Below, one piece after another: positions 27,925-35,382 of a stretch of 64,000 nucleotides of DNA. This DNA comes from Clostridia bacterium. GTDB taxonomy: Bacteria; Bacillota; Clostridia; Oscillospirales; CAG-272. Position numbers and translations under genes: made by a program. Location of the stretch: assembly GCA_017472305.1 (NCBI GenBank), contig JAFUQP010000007.1, positions 5,272 to 69,271 on the forward strand, given 5' to 3'. A model generated the notes under the pieces. The model made no database searches, had not been told where the DNA came from, and worked only from the letters and a program-made list of their open reading frames with translations. Numbering within the stretch: position 1 is the stretch's first letter; the number at the start of each line of letters is the position of its first letter.

Positions 27925-28383
27925 AAAAAGGAAGATGCACAGATAGCGTGATACTCTTAACGGAGTATCACGCATCGAGATAAATCCCGTATGGGATTTT
28001 CGATATGTTGCTAACGCAACTCGATATGCCTTCGGCTCGATATGTTTGCTTCACAAACGAGGGGATTTATCTCATATCGAATTGACGCACAGCGGCAATA
28101 TATCGAGCTTGAGCGGCTGGGGTTCCCCTAAGCGAAGAATGAGCTTTGGGGGTTCGCAGCGTAGCGAAAGCATATCGAGTCAACGGAGTTGACATATCGA
28201 CAGAAGAAAAAATGAGAGCAAGAATAGAAGGATTTTTCTCCTTTTACTCTTGCTATTTCTGTTTGTAATAAGGGTTTGGGCATAGCCCATTTGCGTTTGA
28301 CTAGTCAAATGCGATGCTCGCACTTTGCCCAAAGTGTAAAATTCTCCGCTAAGGACATCACCCTATTTTGCATCTTCCTTTTT
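27925..28383. ncRNA. Hairpin-dense non-coding element bounded by a 15-bp perfect inverted repeat (large structured RNA or MITE-like element; strand unresolved)
   Basis: AAAAAGGAAGATGCA (27925-27939) is the reverse complement of TGCATCTTCCTTTTT (28369-28383). At least 14 consecutive hairpins lie between them. There is no ORF of 60 aa or more. The element sits between the 3' ends of two convergent genes. Confidence 0.45.
28000..28200. repeat. Array of the 8-mer TCGATATG (three forward copies) and its complement CATATCGA (three exact copies plus one 7/8 copy)
   Basis: Forward copies are at 28000-07, 28021-28 and 28037-44. Reverse copies are at 28073-80, 28171-78 and 28193-200, with TATATCGA at 28099-106. 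A short hairpin lies in each interval. Confidence 0.85.
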
Positions 28384-28460
28384 TGATATTCAAGCAATAG
28401 TCACGGTAAGATTAAAGCGCTCAAAAAGACTCGGGGACAGCAGAAAGGAGATTTCTGCCC

Positions 28461-29414
28461 TTAAATATCTACGCGATTCAGAATTTTTCCATCAACGAAA
28501 GTCGAAATATTATCTGCTATAACCGATATGCATCTGCACCTTGCCTCATACGAGCCCCAGGCTGCGTGAGGAGTGAGAATAACGTTATCAAGCTTCATAA
28601 TCGAGGTGTAGGGGTGCGACTCACAGAAGGGCTCGGTAGAATATACGTCGGAGCCGAAGGCGGCAATTCTTCCTTCCCTGACAGCCTCTGCGACTGCCGC
28701 CTCGTCAAGCACCGCGCCGCGTGCCTCGTTTACGAGAATTACCTCGGGCTTCATTAACTTAAGTCGCTCGCGCGAGATTATACCGCGTGTGCCGTCGTTC
28801 AAGGGACAGTGAAGCGTTATTATATCACTCTCACGGCAGAGGGTATCAACGTCCACGCACTCGACGCCATCAACAGGTGTTCTCTTATTCACTATTACCC
28901 TCGCGCCGAGGCTCTCGGCTACCCTGCCGACCGCCTTGCCTATATTTCCGTAGCCGATAATACCCCATGTCTTTCCTGCAATCTCGTGGTATACGGGAAT
29001 TAATCTGTTCGGTACGCCGAGGCGAGTATATTCACCGTCGGTTACAAACCTACGGTATTCAAAAAGGTGCGAGGCAAGAGCAAGCACAGTTGAAAGAGTG
29101 AATTGTGCCACACTCTCGGTTGAATAGGCAGGAACGTTACACACCGCTACTCCGTGCCGTCTTGCGGCATTCAAATCGATATTATCGTATCCCGTCGCAA
29201 AAACGCAAATAAGCTTCAGCGCCTTTGCATAGGAGAGTACCCTTTCGGTTATCTTAATCTTGTTGAGAACTATAACCTCGGCGTCACGTATGCGCTCTTC
29301 CATCTCACAGTCCGTGGTATTAGCGTATATTTGCAGCTCACCGAAGCCCGATAAATAGTCCTTTATCGGCGTATCCTCGCCAAGAGATGCGCTGTCGAGT
29401 ACCTTGATAAGCAT
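28461..29414 (-). CDS. D-isomer-specific 2-hydroxyacid dehydrogenase (glycerate/hydroxypyruvate reductase-like)
   Basis: NAD-binding motif GIIGYGNIGKAVG and the catalytic R..E..H arrangement. 317 aa. Confidence 0.9.
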   Translation of the reverse strand: MLIKVLDSASLGEDTPIKDYLSGFGELQIYANTTDCEMEERIRDAEVIVLNKIKITERVLSYAKALKLICVFATGYDNIDLNAARRHGVAVCNVPAYSTESVAQFTLSTVLALASHLFEYRRFVTDGEYTRLGVPNRLIPVYHEIAGKTWGIIGYGNIGKAVGRVAESLGARVIVNKRTPVDGVECVDVDTLCRESDIITLHCPLNDGTRGIISRERLKLMKPEVILVNEARGAVLDEAAVAEAVREGRIAAFGSDVYSTEPFCESHPYTSIMKLDNVILTPHAAWGSYEARCRCISVIADNISTFVDGKILNRVDI

Positions 29415-29504
29415 AATAAACTCCTGATTTCTTAATATATTCTATTATAATTTATATTTATTTCTTTGTCAATAAAAATATTTAAAAATATTTTCTGAAA
29501 CCCC

Positions 29505-29533
29505 TTGACAAACAGAAAGAAATGTGGTACAAT
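29505..29533 (+). promoter_or_regulatory. rpmG-secE-nusG promoter
   Basis: TTGACA (29505-29510), a 17-nt spacer ending in TGG, then TACAAT (29528-29533). Confidence 0.6.
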
Positions 29534-29649
29534 GGTTCTACCTCTGTCGGAGGTCTTTTTTTGTGCGCTTTTGGGACAGCCACTCTTCGACATTGAGGGA
29601 GGTATTCAACGGGCTACGCCCGAATTCTATCAGGAGGTGCCGAAAAACA

Positions 29650-29799
29650 ATGAGAGTCAAGATTACACTCGCCTGCACTGAGTGCAAGCAAAGAAACTAT
29701 GACACAATGAAGAACAAAAAGAACGATCCGGACAGGCTTGAGATGAAGAAGCACTGCCGTTTCTGCCGCAAGCACACTTTGCACAAGGAAACCAAATAA
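29650..29799 (+). CDS. rpmG: 50S ribosomal protein L33
   Basis: [17 protein letters not shown]...[14 protein letters not shown], a zinc-ribbon type L33. AGGAGG lies 8 nt upstream, and the longer ORF in the track is an in-frame leader artefact. Confidence 0.95.
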   Translation: MRVKITLACTECKQRNYDTMKNKKNDPDRLEMKKHCRFCRKHTLHKETK

Positions 29800-29819
29800 T
29801 TATTTGAGAGGATAAACTG

Positions 29820-30125
29820 ATGGCAGAAGAAAACATGAACATTCCCGAGGAACAGCTCGCTGAGACTTCCGCCCCCGCGGAAAAGAAGGCGAAGTCCAAG
29901 ACTCCCAAGAAGGAGAACTTCTTTGTAAGAGTCTGGAAGAAGCTCGTGAAATTCTGCAAGGATACTGCCGGCGAACTCAAGAAGGTCGTTTGGACTCCTA
30001 AAGCGGAAGTTTTCAAAAGCTTCAAGCTTGTTGTCGTAACCGTTGTTGCGGTAGGTCTGGCAATCGCTATCGTTGATTTGACTTCTTCATTCATAATCAA
30101 TGCAATAGCAGGTCTTATAGGCTAA
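29820..30125 (+). CDS. secE: Preprotein translocase subunit SecE
   Basis: C-terminal motif KKVVWTPK plus a single TM helix. Position between rpmG and nusG is conserved. Confidence 0.9.
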   Translation: MAEENMNIPEEQLAETSAPAEKKAKSKTPKKENFFVRVWKKLVKFCKDTAGELKKVVWTPKAEVFKSFKLVVVTVVAVGLAIAIVDLTSSFIINAIAGLIG

Positions 30126-30131
30126 ACCGAA

Positions 30132-30674
30132 ATGAGTAACATAAACGAAAAGAACCAGGGTCCCAGATGGTACGTTGCTCACACCTACACAGGCTATGAG
30201 AACAAGGTAAAGGACAATATTGAGAAGATGGTTGAAAACCGTGGACTCGAGCACCTTATCTATGACGTCAAGGTTCCCGTTGAGGTTACCGTTGAGACCA
30301 ACGATAAGGGCGAGGAGAAAACCGTTGAGACCAAGCTCTTCCCAAGCTATGTCTTTGTTAAAATGACTATGACCGATGAGAGCTGGCACGTTGTCAGAAA
30401 TATCACGGGAGTCACGGGCTTCGTAGGCCCCGGTTCAGAGCCTACGCCCCTCACCGATAAGGAGGTTGAGATGTTCAGCGTTGAGGTCAATGCTGAGGAA
30501 TTCAAGTTCAAGCTCGGTGACAAAGTTGAGGTTGTATCGGGTATCTTTGAAGGATATTCGGGCATACTTCAGGAAATCAGCGAGGACAAGAAGCAGCTTG
30601 TCATTCTCGCATCTACAGAAAGACGCGACATTCCTATTATGGTTGAAACCAAGGACGTGCGTATCGCGGAATAA
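30132..30674 (+). CDS. nusG: Transcription termination/antitermination protein NusG
   Basis: NGN domain (WYVAHTYTGYENKV) and a C-terminal KOW domain. Confidence 0.96.
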   Translation: MSNINEKNQGPRWYVAHTYTGYENKVKDNIEKMVENRGLEHLIYDVKVPVEVTVETNDKGEEKTVETKLFPSYVFVKMTMTDESWHVVRNITGVTGFVGPGSEPTPLTDKEVEMFSVEVNAEEFKFKLGDKVEVVSGIFEGYSGILQEISEDKKQLVILASTERRDIPIMVETKDVRIAE

Positions 30675-30767
30675 TTTCCGCACGCTTCATTCTGAAGCAT
30701 TCGTGGGAGGGAGAAAAATACTTTACAATTCTCCCGACAAAATTACCACATTTGGAGGTTTATTATT

Positions 30768-31193
30768 ATGGCAAAGAAAATTTCCGGTTACATTAAACTG
30801 CAGCTTCCTGCCGGCAAAGCTACTCCCCAGCCCCCTGTAGGTCCTGCACTCGGTCAGTACGGTGTATCTATCCCCAACTTCACCAAGGAGTTCAACGAGA
30901 GAACCAAGAATGATATCGGTCTTATTATCCCCGTTATCATCACTGTTTACGCTGACCGTTCCTTCACCTTCGTTACTAAGACTCCCCCCGCAGCAGTTCT
31001 TATCAAGAAGGCTTGCGGCATCGAGACCGCATCCGCTGTTCCTAACAAGACCAAGGTTGCCAGCCTTACCAAGGAGCAGGTTCAGAAGATTGCTGAAACC
31101 AAAATGCCTGACCTCAACGCCGCTTCTCTCGAGGCTGCTATGAGCATGGTAGCAGGTACTGCCCGCAGCATGGGTATTACCGTAGAAGACTAA
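30768..31193 (+). CDS. rplK: 50S ribosomal protein L11
   Basis: [30 protein letters not shown]. Confidence 0.98.
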   Translation: MAKKISGYIKLQLPAGKATPQPPVGPALGQYGVSIPNFTKEFNERTKNDIGLIIPVIITVYADRSFTFVTKTPPAAVLIKKACGIETASAVPNKTKVASLTKEQVQKIAETKMPDLNAASLEAAMSMVAGTARSMGITVED

Positions 31194-31211
31194 TAGGAGG
31201 ATTGAGTAACA

Positions 31212-31907
31212 ATGGCTAAATTCGGAAAGAAATATAATGCAAGCGCGGAGCTTATTGATAAGTCCAAGCTTTACGACGTAGACGAGGCAGTTGCTCTCGT
31301 TTGCCAAACCGCAAAGGCAAAGTTCGACGAGACCGTCGAGATTCACATCAGACTCGGCGTTGACTCCCGTCACGCTGACCAGCAGGTCAGAGGCGCTATC
31401 GTCCTCCCCAACGGTACCGGTAAGACCGTTAGAACCCTCGTTTTCGCTCGTGGCGACAAGGCTGACGCTGCACGTGCAGCAGGCGCTGACTTCGTTGGTG
31501 CTGAGGATATGGTTCAGAAGATTACCACCGAGAACTGGTTCGACTTCGACGTTGTTATCGCATCTCCTGACATGATGGGCGTTATCGGCCGTCTTGGTAA
31601 GGTGCTTGGTCCTAAGGGACTTATGCCCAACCCCAAGGCAGGAACCGTTACCCCCGACGTTGCTAAGGCTGTTACCGAGGCAAAGGCAGGTAAGATTGAG
31701 TACCGTCTTGACAAAACCAACATCATCCACTGCCCTATCGGCAAGGCATCCTTCGGCGCAGAGAAGCTTATGGAGAACTTCAACACTCTCGTAGGCGCTG
31801 TTATCAAGGCTAAGCCCGCTGCTGCAAAGGGTCAGTACATCAAGAGCTGTGTAGTTGCTACAACCATGGGCCCCGGCATCAAGGTTAACTACGCAAAGCT
31901 TGGTTAA
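31212..31907 (+). CDS. rplA: 50S ribosomal protein L1
   Basis: Canonical L1 sequence of 231 aa, directly after rplK. Confidence 0.98.
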   Translation: MAKFGKKYNASAELIDKSKLYDVDEAVALVCQTAKAKFDETVEIHIRLGVDSRHADQQVRGAIVLPNGTGKTVRTLVFARGDKADAARAAGADFVGAEDMVQKITTENWFDFDVVIASPDMMGVIGRLGKVLGPKGLMPNPKAGTVTPDVAKAVTEAKAGKIEYRLDKTNIIHCPIGKASFGAEKLMENFNTLVGAVIKAKPAAAKGQYIKSCVVATTMGPGIKVNYAKLG

Positions 31908-31932
31908 TTTGAAATAACGCCACAACGGCAAA

Positions 31933-31967
31933 AAAGAAGATACTCAGCCGAGTATCTTCTTTTTTTA
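31933..31967 (+). terminator. Intrinsic terminator after rplA
   Basis: The stem GAAGATACTC/GAGTATCTTC is followed by T8. Confidence 0.85.
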
Positions 31968-32021
31968 TTTCTTTTTCAATCAATCCGTCAAATCCGAGTT
32001 CTAAAGATTATGCAAAATTCC

Positions 32022-32088
32022 TAATCAATCAAAATCAGTAAATATGTTATCTACCAATTAATCAAAATCAGCAAATGTGTTATTTATT
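32022..32088. repeat. Two tandem 33-bp direct repeats
   Basis: AATCAAAATCAG[T/C]AAAT[A/G]TGTTAT[C/T]TA starts at 32027 and again at 32060. Confidence 0.8.
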
Positions 32089-32099
32089 AATTCAGCATA

Positions 32100-34319
32100 T
32101 CAGAAGTTAAAGGTCAGCTGACCGAGGGGCGAGCCTGTTGAGGGGAGCGCAAGCTTCTTGCATTTGAGCGCGTCCTGCCCTACGTCCTCAATTCGGTCGG
32201 TAACAAGGTCTACCTTGCTCTTCTTTGCCAGCTTCATAATCTGCACGCCAGAGGCGGTTCTGGTTGATTTCTCGGGTATAAGACTGCTCTTAATAAGCAT
32301 TCCTCTGTCAGAATCGCTTCGTATAAAGATATTGACAGGCTTATCGCCCTCGTAGATTGCGCCCGCGAGAGGTGAATCCGAGGAATATGCGCCCGAAATC
32401 TTTCTTCTCTTGGATTTCGCCTCGTATGCACCCATAGAAACGCGCAGTCCCTTACCGTTCTCAAATACGTAAACCATATGATGCTCGGGAATAAGCTCGT
32501 AAATCATCTTGCAGGTGACTACGTGCTCGTCGTCGTCCATCTGGAGCTTTGCCGGAACGTATTCGCCCATCTGGCTAGCCTTCGAAAGCTCAAAGTCGGC
32601 AACGCGAGCCCTGTAAATCTGTCCTTTATCTGTAAAGAACAGAACGTCGCCGCGGTTGTCGGTGTCCTCTTGATATACGACGTAGTCGCCCTCCTTAAGC
32701 TTCTGCTCGTCGGATGCACGCACAGACTGAACCGAGAGCTTCTTGAAGTATCCGCCGCGAGTCATAACGAGGCGGCAGTTATAGTTCTCGAAGAAGATGT
32801 CCTCCTTAGGAGTCTTTACCTCCTCCTTCTCAACTATGTCGGTGCGACGAGGCTTGCCGTATTTCTTTTTGATTTCCTGAAGGCTCTTGATTATCATTGC
32901 CTTGAGCTTCAGCTCGTCACGGAGCGTTTCCTTGATGTCGGCAATCTCTGCCTCAAGCTGCTTATGCTCTGCAATCCTGTTCATAAGGTATTCCCTGTTA
33001 AGGTTACGGAGCTTGATATCCGCTATGTATTCAGCCTGAATTTTAGTGATACAGAAGGCGCGCTCGAGATTCGGTACAACGTCTGCCTCGTGCTCGGTGT
33101 TTCTTATAATCCTTATTGCCTTATCAATATCTACGGCAATTGCCGCAAGACCGAGAAGCAGGTGAAGCTTGTCCTCCTTCTTGCCGAGGTCAAAGGTCAG
33201 CTCGCGCGTAACGCAGCCCGAGCGGAAGCGAATCCACTCAAGAAGTATATCCTTGACTCCGAGCTGCATAGGTCTTCCCTCGACAAGAATATTGAAATTA
33301 CAGTCGAAGTTATTTTCCAGCTCGGTGGTTGCAAAGAGCTTTTGCATTACGATTTCGGGGTTTGCATCCTTCCTAAGGTCGAAGGAAATAAGCTTCTCAG
33401 CGCTCAAGTCAATAGAATCTCTGACGTCAACAACCTCACGAAGCTTTCCCGCCTTAATCATATCCGTCGCCTTCTTCATTATCGACTCAATGCAGGACGA
33501 GTTCGGAATTTCGGTTACGTCAATGCAGTTATCCTTCTTTGAATACACGTACTTTGCGCGCATTCTGAAGCTGCCGTTTCCGGTTTCATAAATCTTCCTC
33601 ATCTGCTCTCTGTCGTAAATAATCTCGGCTCCGCCGGGAAAATCGGGAGCCTTGACTATATCGAGAAGCCTATCAACGGTTGTCTTGGGATTTTTAAGAA
33701 GCGCGATAGTCGCGTCGCAAATCTCAGCAAGGTTAAACGAGCATATCGAGCACGCCATACCAACGGCAATACCGAGGTTCGGCGACACGAGAATATTCGG
33801 GAAGGTTGTCGGGAGCAATGTCGGCTCGGTTGAGGTATTATCGTAGTTAGGCACGAAATCTACCGAATCCTTATCTATACCCGAGAACAGCTCGTGACAG
33901 ATAGGGTCAAGCTTCGCCTCGGTGTAACGCGATGCCGCGTACGCCATATCGCGCGAATACTGCTTACCGAATGAGCCCTTTGAATCTATAAAGGGATGAA
34001 GAAGCGCCTCGTGACCCTTTGTAAGTCGCACCATCGTTTCGTATATCGAAGCGTCACCGTGGGGGTTGAGCTTCATCGTCTGACCTACAATATTGGCACT
34101 CTTGGTTCTCTGTCCGTTCATAAGTCCCATTTTATACATTGTATAAAGGAGCTTTCGGTGAGAGGGCTTGAAGCCGTCGATTTCCGGAAGAGCACGCGAA
34201 ACTATTACGCTCATAGCGTAGGGCATATAGTTTTTCTCAAGCGTTTCGGTTATCGGCTGCAGAGTCGCCTCCGCCTCATTCTCCATTGGGTTTACTGTAA
34301 CAGTCTTCTTTTTAGCCAT
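32100..34319 (-). CDS. Type IIA topoisomerase subunit A (ParC/GyrA-like)
   Basis: 739 aa. Motifs include AMSVIVSRALPEIDGFKPSHRKLLY and the catalytic Tyr region AASRYTEAKL. No B-subunit gene is adjacent. Confidence 0.9.
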   Translation of the reverse strand: MAKKKTVTVNPMENEAEATLQPITETLEKNYMPYAMSVIVSRALPEIDGFKPSHRKLLYTMYKMGLMNGQRTKSANIVGQTMKLNPHGDASIYETMVRLTKGHEALLHPFIDSKGSFGKQYSRDMAYAASRYTEAKLDPICHELFSGIDKDSVDFVPNYDNTSTEPTLLPTTFPNILVSPNLGIAVGMACSICSFNLAEICDATIALLKNPKTTVDRLLDIVKAPDFPGGAEIIYDREQMRKIYETGNGSFRMRAKYVYSKKDNCIDVTEIPNSSCIESIMKKATDMIKAGKLREVVDVRDSIDLSAEKLISFDLRKDANPEIVMQKLFATTELENNFDCNFNILVEGRPMQLGVKDILLEWIRFRSGCVTRELTFDLGKKEDKLHLLLGLAAIAVDIDKAIRIIRNTEHEADVVPNLERAFCITKIQAEYIADIKLRNLNREYLMNRIAEHKQLEAEIADIKETLRDELKLKAMIIKSLQEIKKKYGKPRRTDIVEKEEVKTPKEDIFFENYNCRLVMTRGGYFKKLSVQSVRASDEQKLKEGDYVVYQEDTDNRGDVLFFTDKGQIYRARVADFELSKASQMGEYVPAKLQMDDDEHVVTCKMIYELIPEHHMVYVFENGKGLRVSMGAYEAKSKRRKISGAYSSDSPLAGAIYEGDKPVNIFIRSDSDRGMLIKSSLIPEKSTRTASGVQIMKLAKKSKVDLVTDRIEDVGQDALKCKKLALPSTGSPLGQLTFNF

Positions 34320-34326
34320 TATGTTC

Positions 34327-35382
34327 TCACTTTTCCGGTTTTATTATTCTGTGCGCCGCCGCACGTATAAGTCTGTTATAGAGAGCAAGTCCTACGCCCT
34401 CGGTGCTCGGCAAGGGTGCGTAAATCTGTTTATAATCCTTACCGTCCGCCTCTCTTAAGCAAGCAAACAGCCTGTGCGCCTGCTCCTCGAGATTATCCCT
34501 TCCGCCAAGCGGATAGAAGTCTGCACTCGGGAGGCTTTTTTTAATTTTCTCTCCGTCCTCAAGGTAGGAAATAATCGCAATATCCTCCACCCCGTCGCGC
34601 TTAATAAAATCAAGCATCTCTGAGAGCGTTCCGTCAAAGAGCGCAAGCGGAGAATGTGGCGCGTAGTGTCGGTATTTCATTCCGGGGGAAAGCACTCGCT
34701 CACCTTCCTTAAGCTGCTCGGTGACGGCGTCTGCAATTTTCACGTTACAAATTAAGGAAAGCTCCTCGGGGGTAATCTTACCCGGGCGAAGAAGCGTAAG
34801 CGTGCCGTCGTCCTCAAGCTTGACGATAGTTGACTCGAGTCCAAAGGACGAGTCGCCGCCGTCAATAATCATATCAACCCTTCCAAGCATATCCGAGATA
34901 ACGTGCTTGGCAGAGGTCGGTGAGGGACTGCCCGAAAGGTTAGCCGACGGAGCTGCAATCGGCACTCCCGAAAGCTCTATAAGCCTTCTTGCAATAGGGT
35001 TCTCGGGAATTCTTACGGCAACCGTCGAAAGCCCTGCACGGGTTTCCAAAGCTACCGTATCCTTCGCAGGAAGAATAACCGTAAGAGGCCCGGGCATAAA
35101 GCTCTCGGCAAGCTTATAGTACAGAGGGCTTGTGTGGGTGTAATTCTCCGCATCCTCGGGCTTTGCCAAATGAATAATCAGCGGATTGTCCGAGGGTCTG
35201 CCCTTTGCCGAGTATATTTTTCTTGCCGACTCTGGGTTTGTTGCATCACCGCCGAGTCCGTATACCGTTTCGGTAGGAAATACGACAAGTCCCCCGCGCT
35301 TTATTATTTTTGCAGCTCTTGAGAGCGCGCCGTCAAAGGCAAACAGCTCGCCGCCGCCGATTTTAAATACTTCAGTTTTCAT
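34327..35382 (-). CDS. tsaC: L-threonylcarbamoyladenylate synthase (Sua5/YwlC/TsaC type with Sua5 C-domain)
   Basis: VVFPTETVYGLGGDA and the YrdC and Sua5 domains. The start is either ATG 35382 (MKTEVF) or GTG 35391, and both overlap the prfA end. Confidence 0.9.
   Translation of the reverse strand: MKTEVFKIGGGELFAFDGALSRAAKIIKRGGLVVFPTETVYGLGGDATNPESARKIYSAKGRPSDNPLIIHLAKPEDAENYTHTSPLYYKLAESFMPGPLTVILPAKDTVALETRAGLSTVAVRIPENPIARRLIELSGVPIAAPSANLSGSPSPTSAKHVISDMLGRVDMIIDGGDSSFGLESTIVKLEDDGTLTLLRPGKITPEELSLICNVKIADAVTEQLKEGERVLSPGMKYRHYAPHSPLALFDGTLSEMLDFIKRDGVEDIAIISYLEDGEKIKKSLPSADFYPLGGRDNLEEQAHRLFACLREADGKDYKQIYAPLPSTEGVGLALYNRLIRAAAHRIIKPEK

Noticed and set aside
28212-28268. An 18-codon mini-ORF (MRARIEGFFSFYSCYFCL) inside the orphan element, considered as a hydrophobic toxin or RiPP-like peptide
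   Set aside because: No usable SD is present, only AGAAGAAAAA directly abutting the ATG. The ORF coincides exactly with a strong hairpin (28217-28254) that explains the sequence better. A 22-codon minus-strand ORF starting in the right inverted repeat has its SD-like AAGGAAG directly abutting the ATG, with no spacer. Both are kept only as remote possibilities.
27881-28460. The possibility that the orphan gap encodes tmRNA, RNase P RNA, SRP RNA, 6S RNA or a CRISPR array
   Set aside because: I find no tRNA-like acceptor or T-arm with a CCA end and no tag ORF, which argues against tmRNA. I find no GAGGAAAGUCC or ACAGAAA-type RNase P cores and no SRP GGAA/AGCAGC helix-8 motif. The repeats are only 8 nt with 8-64-nt spacers and occur in both orientations, which is incompatible with CRISPR. 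This rests on visual inspection only.
29524-29649. The N-terminal 42-codon extension of L33 given in the ORF track
   Set aside because: It starts inside the promoter's -10 region. AGGAGG sits 8 nt before the internal ATG at 29650, which yields a canonical 49-aa L33.
30723-31931. 402-aa ORF on the minus strand spanning the rplK-rplA region
   Set aside because: It is entirely antisense to two unmistakable ribosomal protein genes. The composition is Leu/Ser/Gly/Cys-rich junk with no SD. This is a typical shadow ORF of highly codon-biased genes.
32478-33542. 354-aa plus-strand ORF inside the parC-like gene
   Set aside because: It is antisense to a full-length, motif-bearing topoisomerase gene. 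The sequence is low-complexity and Leu-rich, with no translation signals.
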